NCBI GenBank assembly: GCA_964429575.1
Contig: CAYSCX010000013.1
Location: 588 to 64,587 of the forward strand
Source: an uncultured Candidatus Binatia bacterium
GTDB lineage: Bacteria > Desulfobacterota > Binatia > Binatales > Binataceae
Direction: 5' to 3'
Length of the DNA: 64,000 bases
A program made the position numbers and the translations under genes. Positions 20,876 through 29,228 of this stretch are shown here, in pieces. The number at the start of each line of letters is the position of its first letter. The first letter of the stretch is position 1. The notes beneath the pieces were generated by a model that saw only the letters and a list, made by a program, of their open reading frames with translations, searched no databases and was not told the origin of the DNA.

Positions 20876-22210
20876 ATGACGGCCAAGGAAGAAAAGGCGC
20901 GCGCGATCGTTCGCCGGCTTGGCGAGGAGGGCTTCAAGGCCTACTTCGCAGGCGGATGCGTGCGCGATCGCGTACTGGGTGTCGAGGCCAAGGATTTCGA
21001 CATCGCCACCGACGCGCGTCCCGAGGTCGTGCAGCGCATGTTCGATCACACGATCGCGGTGGGCGCGCGCTTCGGCGTGATCGTCGTTGTGCTCGACGGT
21101 GAGCCGTTTGAAGTCGCAACCTTTCGCGCCGACGCACCGTACATGGATGGCCGCCGTCCGTCCGCCGTGCATTACGGGACGATCGAAGAAGACGCGAAAC
21201 GCCGCGACTTTACGATCGGCGGCATGTACCACGACCCGGCCAACGATCGCGTGATTGATTTGGTCGGCGGGATGCGCGATCTGCGCGCCGGAATCGTCCG
21301 CGCGATCGGAAATCCGTTCGAGCGCTTCGCGGAAGACCGGCTTCGCATCCTTCGCGCGGTGCGGTTCGCATCGAGGCTCGGATTCACGATCGAGCCCGGA
21401 ACGTGGGCGGCAATCAAACGTGCGTCACCGAGCATCCGAGACATCGCCGCTGAGCGAATCGGCGAAGAACTTGTCATGATCATGACTGACGGCGCAGCCG
21501 CCCGCGGCATGGACCTGCTGCTCGAGAGCGGGCTCATGGCCGTATTGCTGCCGGAAGCCATTGCAATGATCGGATGTGCGCAGCCCGAGAATTTCCACCC
21601 CGAAGGTGACGTGTATGTGCACACGCGGCTTGCGGTCTCGATGCTGGAGGCGGGATGCACCGAGGCGCTCGCCTTCGGAATTCTGCTGCACGACATCGCG
21701 AAGCCGGGTTGCCGCGCGCAGGGCGACGGCAAGGTTACGTTCTACGGCCACACCGACGAAGGCGCGCGGATTGCCACCGACATCATGGCGCGGCTCAAGC
21801 GCTCGCGATTCGTGCAGGAGCGTGTCGCTTACCTGGTGCGCAACCACCTGCGGCTGTGCATGGCGCCGCGGATGCGTCCGGCGACGCTAAAACGGATGCT
21901 CACCGAAGACGGGTTCGATGAGCTGCTCGAGGTTTCGCGCCTCGACGCGCTCGCATCAAGCTCCTACCTCGGCTTTTACCATTTCTGCCGCCGTGCGCTG
22001 CGCTCGATGACGGCTGAGGAGATTCGGCCGCTGCGCCTAATTGGCGGCAACGACCTGATTGCGCTCGGATTCGCGCCGGGACCGAATTTCAAGACCATCC
22101 TGCGCGAGGTCGAAGACCTGCAGCTTGATGGAGCGCTCACAACGCGCGAAGCGGCACTGGACTACGTCCGTACTCGCTACCGTGCGTCGAACCCGGCGCC
22201 CGGCGCGTGA
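20876..22210 (+). CDS. cca: CCA-adding tRNA nucleotidyltransferase with an HD domain.
   Basis: The PolyA_pol head (GGCVRDRVLG…DFDIAT…RDFTIGGMY), the RNA-binding region and an HD motif (LLHDIAKP) are all present. Confidence 0.85.
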   Translation: MTAKEEKARAIVRRLGEEGFKAYFAGGCVRDRVLGVEAKDFDIATDARPEVVQRMFDHTIAVGARFGVIVVVLDGEPFEVATFRADAPYMDGRRPSAVHYGTIEEDAKRRDFTIGGMYHDPANDRVIDLVGGMRDLRAGIVRAIGNPFERFAEDRLRILRAVRFASRLGFTIEPGTWAAIKRASPSIRDIAAERIGEELVMIMTDGAAARGMDLLLESGLMAVLLPEAIAMIGCAQPENFHPEGDVYVHTRLAVSMLEAGCTEALAFGILLHDIAKPGCRAQGDGKVTFYGHTDEGARIATDIMARLKRSRFVQERVAYLVRNHLRLCMAPRMRPATLKRMLTEDGFDELLEVSRLDALASSSYLGFYHFCRRALRSMTAEEIRPLRLIGGNDLIALGFAPGPNFKTILREVEDLQLDGALTTREAALDYVRTRYRASNPAPGA

Positions 22211-22262
22211 CTATCCGGCGTCCCTCTTGCCGCGCCCCGCGCATCCTGATGATTGTGTCGGC

Positions 22263-23735
22263 GTGCTCAAGGCCGCCGCGATAAGCAAGCGCTTCGGGAG
22301 CACGGTCGCGCTCGACCACGTCGATTTCGAAGCGCGGGCCGGCGAGATCCACGCGTTGCTTGGTGAGAACGGCGCGGGCAAGACCACCTTGATGAACGTG
22401 CTCGCCGGGACGTTGCGCTCCGACGCGGGCACGGCGTCTTTAGACGGCGTCGCACTCACCGCCGGCTCACCGCACGCAGCGCTCCGTGCCGGAATTGCGG
22501 CGGTGCATCAGAGTCCTCTCCTTTTCGAGCGGATGACTTGGGAGGACAACCTCGCTCTCGGCGGCTTCGGCGCCGAAAGTGTTCGGCTCGATCTCGCGCA
22601 CGTGATCGAACGCTCGGCGGCGCAAGCGCGCAAGCTTGGCTTCGAGTTGCCGCCGGCAGGTGCGAGAGTCGAAGAGCGGTCGGTTGGAGAGCGCGTGCGC
22701 CTCGAAGTGCTGCGCGCGCTGAGCTTCAATCCGCGCGTTCTGATCCTTGACGAACCGACCAGCCTGCTTGCACCGCATGAGCTTGCGGGCTTCCTCGAAC
22801 TGTTGCGGCGCCTCAAGGCCGAGGGGCGAATCGTCGTGCTCATCACGCACAAACTCGCCGAGGCGCGCGCAGTCGCTGATCGCGTGACGGTGTTGCGCCA
22901 AGGGCGGGTCGCGATGCGAACCACTCCGGCTGAATCGAGCGAGGCGGACCTGGCGCGCGCAATGATCGGCGAGCTGGTCGGAGCAGTGCAGCCTCGCGAC
23001 TCCGTGCCGCCGGGCGATGAGCCCGCTTTGTTGATTGAATCGCTCACACTTCACGACGGCCATCGCAGCATCGTTGATGGCATTACCTTGAGTGTCGCGC
23101 GCGGCGAAATCGCGGGAATCGCGGGCGTGGACGGCAATGGGCAGACGCAGTTGGTCGAGATACTTGCTGGGGTGCGCACGCCCACCGCTGGACGCGCGCA
23201 CGTAACGGCGGGCGATCGCGACGGCGGTCTTGCGGTGATACCGCAGGACCGCGACCTCGATGGCCTCGTGCTCGACATGACGCTCTGGGAAAACCTGCTG
23301 CTGGCAGCTCCGCTGCGCGAGCGAATGAGCGGGCGCGGCTGGCTCGATCGTCGCACGGCGCAGTCGATGTGCAACGAACTGCTGGCGCGGTACCGAATTC
23401 AGACGCGCGGCTCTACCGCAACCGCGGGCGCGCTATCCGGCGGTAACCGGCAAAGGTTCTCCGTCGCGCGCGCGGTAGCCTCCAAGCCTCGGGTGATCGT
23501 CGCGCACAACATCACTCGCGGGCTCGACTTGCGCGCAACCGCCGACGTGCATCGTGCGATTTTTGATTTCGCGGCTGCGGGCGGCGCGGTACTGCTCATT
23601 TCCAGCGACCTCGACGAGCTGCTCGCGGTATGCGGGCGGCTCCATGTGATGAATCGCGGGCGGCTGCGCGCGACTCCCGCGGGTGAGCGCGACCCGGAGC
23701 GGCTGGGGCTCATGATGGCGGGGACGTGGGAGTAG
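22263..23735 (+). CDS. ABC transporter ATP-binding protein with a duplicated ATPase (sugar/nucleoside-importer type). It uses an internal GTG start, not the 22059 start given in the track.
   Basis: Two Walker A motifs (GENGAGKTT and GVDGNGQTQ) and an LSGG signature are present. The track start at 22059 would overlap cca. The in-frame GTG at about 22263 gives the typical N-terminus. Confidence 0.85.
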   Translation: MLKAAAISKRFGSTVALDHVDFEARAGEIHALLGENGAGKTTLMNVLAGTLRSDAGTASLDGVALTAGSPHAALRAGIAAVHQSPLLFERMTWEDNLALGGFGAESVRLDLAHVIERSAAQARKLGFELPPAGARVEERSVGERVRLEVLRALSFNPRVLILDEPTSLLAPHELAGFLELLRRLKAEGRIVVLITHKLAEARAVADRVTVLRQGRVAMRTTPAESSEADLARAMIGELVGAVQPRDSVPPGDEPALLIESLTLHDGHRSIVDGITLSVARGEIAGIAGVDGNGQTQLVEILAGVRTPTAGRAHVTAGDRDGGLAVIPQDRDLDGLVLDMTLWENLLLAAPLRERMSGRGWLDRRTAQSMCNELLARYRIQTRGSTATAGALSGGNRQRFSVARAVASKPRVIVAHNITRGLDLRATADVHRAIFDFAAAGGAVLLISSDLDELLAVCGRLHVMNRGRLRATPAGERDPERLGLMMAGTWE

Positions 23736-23748
23736 GTCTCGCGCCGCG

Positions 23749-24834
23749 ATGACGCGACGATCGGCAGCGCTCGCAATCGTGCAGCCGCTTGCCGCAGTGG
23801 CGCTGGCTGCCGCGATCATCTCTCTGGTCCTTATCGGGCTGGGTGCATCACCGATCGGCGTTTTTCTGGCGCTCGCCCAAGGCGCGTTCGGAAGCTGGCT
23901 CGCGTTTACCGACACGATCGTCAAGGCGACGCCGCTTATCTTCACCGGGTTGGCGGTCTCGCTGGCGTTCTCGGCTGCGCTGTGGAACATCGGCGCAGAC
24001 GGTCAGTTGATGGCGGGCGCCATCGTCGCGGGTGCAGTCGGACCGTATCTGGGCTCGCTGCCGGCGCCGCTCGCGGTTCTGGTGATGATCGCGAGCGGAG
24101 CCGCAGGGGGTGCAGGGTGGGGCGCGATCGCCGGGTGGCTCCGCGCGCGACGCGAGGTCAACGAGGTCATCGCGACGATCATGCTCAACTTCGTCGCGCT
24201 GCAACTCTTGAGTTTCGCGGTGCACGGACCGCTCCAGGAGCCGACACGCTCGTATCCAGCCAGCGCACCAATCGCGCCGCCCGCCGAGATGTACACCTTC
24301 CTTGCGCCGAGCCGTCTCCACTTCGGCATCGTGATCGCGCTGGTTCTCGCGTTTGCCTGCTACCTCCTTTTGTTCCGCACCACGCTCGGATTTGAACTGC
24401 GCGCGATGGGCAGCAACCGCCGCGCTTCCCGGTTCTTCGGAATCCCGATCGCGCGCCTCACCGTCGTAGTGATGGCGCTCTCCGGCGCGCTGGCAGGACT
24501 CGCGGGAGCGGTACAAGTGTCCGCAGTGACGCATCGTCTGTACGAACGCATATCGCCGGGCTGGGGCTTCGAGGCGATCGCGGTGGCGCTGGTCGCGCGG
24601 CTGCATCCGCTTGCGATCATTCCCGCCGCGCTGTTCTTCGGCGCGCTCGACAACGGCAGCCAGGCGATGCAGCGCGCCGAAGGCGTGTCACCCGTGTTGG
24701 TGCAGGTCATCCAGGGGATGGTGATTCTCATCCTGCTCGCGTTCGACACGTTCGCGTGGCGCGACGCGCGTGCGATCGTGCCTGTCGCGGCGGATGAGGG
24801 CGTCGCGGCGATGGAGGGAGCGCGCGATGCTTGA
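23749..24834 (+). CDS. ABC transporter permease of the BMP/branched-chain-type TM family.
   Basis: It is a polytopic membrane protein that follows the ATPase gene directly. Confidence 0.8.
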   Translation: MTRRSAALAIVQPLAAVALAAAIISLVLIGLGASPIGVFLALAQGAFGSWLAFTDTIVKATPLIFTGLAVSLAFSAALWNIGADGQLMAGAIVAGAVGPYLGSLPAPLAVLVMIASGAAGGAGWGAIAGWLRARREVNEVIATIMLNFVALQLLSFAVHGPLQEPTRSYPASAPIAPPAEMYTFLAPSRLHFGIVIALVLAFACYLLLFRTTLGFELRAMGSNRRASRFFGIPIARLTVVVMALSGALAGLAGAVQVSAVTHRLYERISPGWGFEAIAVALVARLHPLAIIPAALFFGALDNGSQAMQRAEGVSPVLVQVIQGMVILILLAFDTFAWRDARAIVPVAADEGVAAMEGARDA

Positions 24835-25738
24835 GGCGTTCCTGGTTTCCGCAATCAGCATGGCTGCGCCGATTCTCCTCGCCGCGCTGGGCGAGCTGAT
24901 CGTCGAGCGCAGCGGTGTGCTCAACATCGGGATCGAAGGCGCGATGTTGATGGGCGCGTTCTTCGCGCTCGCCGCCGTTTACTTTACCGGGAGTCTCGCG
25001 CTTGGATTGCTGGCCGGCGTCGGTGCGGCGCTCGCGCTGCACGCAATTTTCGCGTTGCTGGCCGTGAATCTTGCGGTCAACCAAGTGGTCGCCGGGACCG
25101 CGCTCAACATTCTCGCGCTCGGCGTGACCGGTGTCTTTTACCGCAGCATGTTTGGAATCACCGGCAAGGCATTCATAGTTGCGCCGTTCGCGAATGTTCG
25201 GCTTGGACCGCTCGCGGACCTGCCGGTCGTCGGGCCGCTGCTGTTCGACCGCAACCCTCTCATTTATCTGGCGCTGGTTTTGGTGCCTGTGGCCGCCTAT
25301 ACCCTGTCGCACACGCGCTATGGCCTCGAGCTTCGCGCCGCGGGCGAACGCCCCGAAGCCGCCGATGCGCTCGGTCTCGGTGTCTTTCGGCTTCGGTGGG
25401 AGGCCCTCATGATCTCGGGCGTGCTGACCGGACTCGCGGGCGCATACCTGACGCTCGCGTATGCGAACACGTTTGTGGAAGGGATTTCCGCCGGACGCGG
25501 CTTCGTCGCGCTGGCGGTCGTGATACTCGGGCGCTGGAACCCGTGGGGACTCGCGGCGGCGTCGGTTCTGTTCGGCGCGGCTATGGCGCTGCAATTCGGT
25601 TTGCAGGCGCTCGGTACGTCGATTCCGTATCAAATCTTCTTGGCGCTACCGTACGCATCGACGTTGATAGTGCTGGCCGTGATGGGCGGGCAGGCGGCCG
25701 CCCCAAGCGCGCTGGGCGCACCGTATCGCCGAGCGTGA
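24827..25738 (+). CDS. Second ABC transporter permease. It starts at the internal MLEAFLV…, giving an 8-bp overlap.
   Basis: It is a polytopic membrane protein. Its ATG falls inside an ATGCTTGA overlap with the upstream permease, which is typical translational coupling. Confidence 0.8.
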   Translation: MLEAFLVSAISMAAPILLAALGELIVERSGVLNIGIEGAMLMGAFFALAAVYFTGSLALGLLAGVGAALALHAIFALLAVNLAVNQVVAGTALNILALGVTGVFYRSMFGITGKAFIVAPFANVRLGPLADLPVVGPLLFDRNPLIYLALVLVPVAAYTLSHTRYGLELRAAGERPEAADALGLGVFRLRWEALMISGVLTGLAGAYLTLAYANTFVEGISAGRGFVALAVVILGRWNPWGLAAASVLFGAAMALQFGLQALGTSIPYQIFLALPYASTLIVLAVMGGQAAAPSALGAPYRRA

Positions 25739-25761
25739 TATTGAAGTAGTGGTGGGAAGCG

Positions 25762-26034
25762 ATGCCTGAAGTCGCCAGGACAGAGTCCGCGTTTCCGATG
25801 GCCGAGTGTGTGCCGTGCGCACGCACGGTGCTTACCTACGTCGCACTGACTGACGATGGCGACCAATCGCGATGCTGTGTGCATTGCGATGCTCGCGTCG
25901 GTGCCGAACTCAGGTGGGTCGGGGCTGACGAGCTTCAGGAAGACGGCTATGTGATCGGGTCGCCGGCTGCACGCAAGTCGGGCGGCGGATGTAGCAGCGG
26001 CGGTTGCGGCACCTGCGGGACTCGCAAGCATTAG
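25762..26034 (+). CDS. Possible small zinc-ribbon protein, FmdB-family-like, with a Gly/Ser/Cys-rich tail (GGGCSSGGCGTCG).
   Basis: The spacing CxxC-x18-CCxxC fits a Zn ribbon. GC3 is about 68%, lower than in the confident genes of this window. A weak SD (GGTGGG) is present. Confidence 0.35.
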   Translation: MPEVARTESAFPMAECVPCARTVLTYVALTDDGDQSRCCVHCDARVGAELRWVGADELQEDGYVIGSPAARKSGGGCSSGGCGTCGTRKH

Positions 26035-26077
26035 CTCGCCCGGGTCATTTCCGAATTCACCGGCGAGACATTTGGCA

Positions 26078-26133
26078 GGGTGTTGAGAAAAGCCTGGCAT
26101 GCCAAATTGGCATCGACCTTATTCTCAACACCC
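26078..26133. repeat. Structured intergenic element with a perfect 12-bp outer stem (GGGTGTTGAGAA/TTCTCAACACCC) that encloses a perfect 7-bp apical hairpin (ATGCCAA-A-TTGGCAT).
   Basis: I read it directly at 26078-26089 / 26122-26133 and 26098-26112. Confidence 0.5.
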
Positions 26134-26193
26134 GGCGTGAAAACTGGCTGCCTTCCTAATCTTCTCCCCCTCCGGGGGAGACGCGAGAGAGGG

Positions 26194-26230
26194 AGCAGGC
26201 TGTTGAAAATGCCTATTTCAACAGCCTGCT
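26194..26230. repeat. Perfect 15-bp stem with a 7-nt loop hairpin that overlaps the trmL stop codon. A 7-bp CTCCCCC-TCC-GGGGGAG hairpin lies at 26164-26180.
   Basis: The arms are AGCAGGCTGTTGAAA / TTTCAACAGCCTGCT. There is no U-tract on either strand, so it is not a classic intrinsic terminator. Confidence 0.5.
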
Positions 26231-26777
26231 AGTCGCTCAGCATATTGAGCTGGCGCAGCGCCTCGTAAACCACCACCGATACTGCATTGGCGAGATTGAG
26301 GCTTCGCACGCCAGGCTCGAAGATCGGAATCCGGTACGCGCGCTCCGCATTCGAATCGAGAAGCGCGCGATTCAGCCCCTTCGTCTCACAGCCAAATATC
26401 AGGTAGTCGCCGCGCGCATAGGGCGCGTCGGTGTAGCGCTTGCGCGAGTGGGTTGAGAAGAACTTCGCGGGTACCTCGGCATGTGCACGATTGAAATCGT
26501 CCCAGCCGCGGTACGTGCGCAAATCGACCAGCGGCCAATAATCGAGTCCCGCGCGCTTCAGATAGCGATCCTCGAGCGAGAAACCGAGCGGACCGACCAG
26601 ATGCAAGCGCGACCGCGTCGCCGCCGCAAGCCGCGCGATGGAGCCGGTGTTCTGCGGAATTTCGGGCTCGACGAGAACGATGTGGAGGTGCGGCTCGGGC
26701 AAGCGGCTCAGTCCCGCGAGTGCGCGAGATCGTTCGACCGCCCGATCGGGTGTCGACGTCCACCGAGCACAAGACAT
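26229..26777 (-). CDS. trmL: tRNA (cytidine/uridine-2'-O-)-methyltransferase TrmL (SpoU/TrmH family). The 5' end is uncertain.
   Basis: The sequence …HIVLVEPEIPQNTGSIARL…GDYLIFGCETKGL…SLNLANAVSVVVYEALRQL aligns closely with E. coli TrmL. The core begins about 30 aa after the ORF-track ATG. Confidence 0.85.
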   Translation of the reverse strand: MSCARWTSTPDRAVERSRALAGLSRLPEPHLHIVLVEPEIPQNTGSIARLAAATRSRLHLVGPLGFSLEDRYLKRAGLDYWPLVDLRTYRGWDDFNRAHAEVPAKFFSTHSRKRYTDAPYARGDYLIFGCETKGLNRALLDSNAERAYRIPIFEPGVRSLNLANAVSVVVYEALRQLNMLSD

Positions 26778-27193
26778 ACTCGGCCGCGATCGTCCGACTC
26801 GAACCGCGAACTAAGATGGTAATAAGCGGTACGGAGAAATCGCGCGCGGAACTTGCCGCCTTTCACCGTGGTGTAAAGCACGTTGTGGCCGCCGATCTCG
26901 AGCGCCGCGGGCATGAGCAGTTCGCGCGACTCGTCGTTCAACACCAGCGTAATTCCGCCCTCGCCGTCCTCTTCAATCACCTTGACAACGAACGGCGTGT
27001 CCTCGACGTCGATGCTCGCGCGCTCCTCGGCGACTTGCAGGTAATACGTACCGTCGGGATTGCGACGGATGCTTTGTGAGAACAGGAGCGCGATACGCGG
27101 ATTGTCGATGCGCTCATCGTCGCTGTACCAATTGCCGTCGCGGCGGAACGAGATGTGTCCCGACTCGACCGCGTAAAATCCCGCGCGTGGCAT
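26708..27193 (-). CDS. Conserved hypothetical protein, possibly of the DUF1285 type, lying in an operon between dtd and trmL.
   Basis: The 161-aa ORF has high GC3 and is tightly packed between dtd (5 bp upstream) and trmL. I could not assign a recognisable catalytic motif. Confidence 0.55.
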   Translation of the reverse strand: MPRAGFYAVESGHISFRRDGNWYSDDERIDNPRIALLFSQSIRRNPDGTYYLQVAEERASIDVEDTPFVVKVIEEDGEGGITLVLNDESRELLMPAALEIGGHNVLYTTVKGGKFRARFLRTAYYHLSSRFESDDRGRVCLVLGGRRHPIGRSNDLAHSRD

Positions 27194-27197
27194 CGGC

Positions 27198-27644
27198 CTA
27201 CCGATTCTTGCTGTCGAGCATGATGGTTACCGGGCCGTCGTTCACCAAATCGACTTCCATCGTCGCGCCGAACCCACCGGTTTCAACCTTAACACCCGAG
27301 TTTCGAGCGAGCGAGACGAAGTGCTCGTACAGACGGCGTGCGTCGTCGGGCGGCGCCGCATCGATGAACGAGGGCCGCCGGCCTCCGCTCAGGTCCGCGA
27401 ACAGCGTGAACTGTGAGATAACGAGCAACTCGGCGCCCACGGCCTTGAGCGCCAGGTTCATCTTGCCCTGATCGTCCGCGAACACGCGCAACCCCACCGT
27501 GCGATCGACCAGAAATGCCGCATCGTCTTCGGTGTCGCCACGTCCAACGCCGAGAAGCACGACGAAGCCCTTTCCAATCGTGCCAACCACGCGGCCCAAG
27601 ATTCGGACCTCGGCGCGGCTCACGCGTTGAAGGATCGCGCGCAC
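27198..27644 (-). CDS. dtd: D-aminoacyl-tRNA deacylase, with a GTG start at VRAILQRV.
   Basis: The sequence …ILQRVSRAEVRI…VISQFTLFAD…RPSF…LVNDGPVT matches Dtd, including the SQFTL and NDGPVT motifs. Confidence 0.9.
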   Translation of the reverse strand: MRAILQRVSRAEVRILGRVVGTIGKGFVVLLGVGRGDTEDDAAFLVDRTVGLRVFADDQGKMNLALKAVGAELLVISQFTLFADLSGGRRPSFIDAAPPDDARRLYEHFVSLARNSGVKVETGGFGATMEVDLVNDGPVTIMLDSKNR

Positions 27645-27736
27645 GCCTGCGTCGTATCTCAGGTGGGATGCAGCCGCAAGGTCGCGCAATGCGGCTGGTT
27701 TGGTGAAACCTGCCCGTCTATTATGAATAGACCCGC

Positions 27737-28585
27737 ATGATTCCGGTTCTCCTTGAATTCGACCTCTTCGGCTTCCCGATTCGCATTTACAGCTACGGCT
27801 TGATGATGGCGCTGGGGTTTCTGTCGGCCGGTTACGTCATCTGGCTCGACTGTAAACGGCGCGGGATCGACCCGGAGTACGCATCGACGATCATCTTCTG
27901 GGCGGCGCTCGGTGGGATTGCGGGGTCGCGCATCTATCACGTTATCGACAACTGGCGGATCTACGCCGACGATCCTGCATCAATCGTGTGGTCGAGCGCT
28001 GGCTTCGTCTGGTACGGCGGGCTGATCGGCGGTCTCACCGCGGTCTATCTCGTCTCGCGCTACTACAAGGTGCCGTTCGGAGTAACGGCTGACATGAGCG
28101 GCCCCGCGCTTGCGATTGGCCAGGCGATCGGACGCCTCGGCTGCCAGCTCTCCGGCGATGGCGACTGGGGATTGCCGTCAACGTTGCCGTGGGCGATGGC
28201 GTATCCCAACGCGATCGTCGGCTGGAATTCCGACACCGTCCTCAAGGTCGATGAGAGCGGTAGGCTCGTGTCGGCATTTTTCCCGGGTGTGCGCGTCCAT
28301 CCCGCTCCGATCTACGAGACCCTGCTCTACTTGGGTGTGTTCTGGATCCTGTGGCGGATGCGCACCAAACTCAAAAGGCCCGGGCGGGTATTGTGTTTGT
28401 ATTTCTTATTGGCAGGCGCCGCGCGATTCATCGTGGAGTTCGTGCGCGTCAATCCACGCGTGTTCTACGGGCTCAGCGAGGCGCAGCTGTTCGCGATCGC
28501 GATGATGGTGATCGGCGGCGTCGCGTTCTTCTACTTGGGCGCGCAGACGCACGAGCTTGGCGCGAAGGCGCGCGCACGAGCGTGA
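27737..28585 (+). CDS. lgt: Prolipoprotein diacylglyceryl transferase.
   Basis: The Lgt signature (GRLGCQLSGDGDWG) is present, with 7 TM helices and a start at MIPVLLEFDLFGFPIRIYSYG. Confidence 0.9.
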   Translation: MIPVLLEFDLFGFPIRIYSYGLMMALGFLSAGYVIWLDCKRRGIDPEYASTIIFWAALGGIAGSRIYHVIDNWRIYADDPASIVWSSAGFVWYGGLIGGLTAVYLVSRYYKVPFGVTADMSGPALAIGQAIGRLGCQLSGDGDWGLPSTLPWAMAYPNAIVGWNSDTVLKVDESGRLVSAFFPGVRVHPAPIYETLLYLGVFWILWRMRTKLKRPGRVLCLYFLLAGAARFIVEFVRVNPRVFYGLSEAQLFAIAMMVIGGVAFFYLGAQTHELGAKARARA

Positions 28586-28588
28586 ACG

Positions 28589-29143
28589 ATGGCCGGCCGT
28601 CGCACCATCCTCTACGTGATGGCGGGACTCGCGATTGTAGCGGGCGTCGCGCTCTTCATCGCGACGATGCAGTGGCGAAGCACCGTCCCCGGAGTCCCGG
28701 GCGGCGATGGACGAATGGCGGCCGACTTCACGCTGGAGAATCTCGACGGTGGCTCGCTATCGCTCGCATCGCTTCGCGGCAAAGTGATCTTCCTCAATTT
28801 TTGGGCGACGTGGTGCGCTCCGTGCCGCGACGAGATGCCTTCGATGCAGCTGCTCGACGACGCGATGCGCGGCGACTCCGGCTTCGTGATGCTTGCAGTC
28901 AGCCAGGACGAGCGCGGACGCCAGGTCGTCAAGCCGTTCGTCGAGAAGAACGGATTTCGCTTCAAGGTGCTGCTCGATCCCGACGGCCGGCTCGCGAGTT
29001 CATATGGACTCAGCGGCGTTCCGGAAACGTTCATAATTGACCGGACCGGGCGCATCGTGGCGCATCATATGGGCGCGTTTGACTGGTCGCGGGCGGATGT
29101 CCGCGAGGCGATCAAGCAGATGCTGGAAGTCAAGCAAGGATGA
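28589..29143 (+). CDS. TlpA/ResA-like periplasmic thiol:disulfide oxidoreductase (redoxin).
   Basis: It has a signal anchor and a thioredoxin-fold motif (FLNFWATWCAPCRDEMP). Confidence 0.8.
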   Translation: MAGRRTILYVMAGLAIVAGVALFIATMQWRSTVPGVPGGDGRMAADFTLENLDGGSLSLASLRGKVIFLNFWATWCAPCRDEMPSMQLLDDAMRGDSGFVMLAVSQDERGRQVVKPFVEKNGFRFKVLLDPDGRLASSYGLSGVPETFIIDRTGRIVAHHMGAFDWSRADVREAIKQMLEVKQG

Positions 29144-29228
29144 AAAAGGAGGCTGCGGAAAGGCAGGTGCAAAGGCGCGTGGCTTCTGCTTAGATAAGAA
29201 ACCCAATCCCGCAGGACATCAGGTTAGT

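Noticed and set aside
22059-22262. The ORF-track 5' extensions of several genes, all of which overlap the upstream gene by 100-200 bp. They are the ABC ATPase at 22059, ctpA at 29037, the monooxygenase at 50476, the LysM protein at 34828, the methyltransferase at 47495, gnd at 62287, the TadG-like gene at 63466 and the PKS at 48904.
   Set aside because: In each case an internal ATG or GTG with a plausible SD gives the canonical N-terminus of the family and removes the overlap. The longer forms are artefacts of ORF calling to the first upstream stop.
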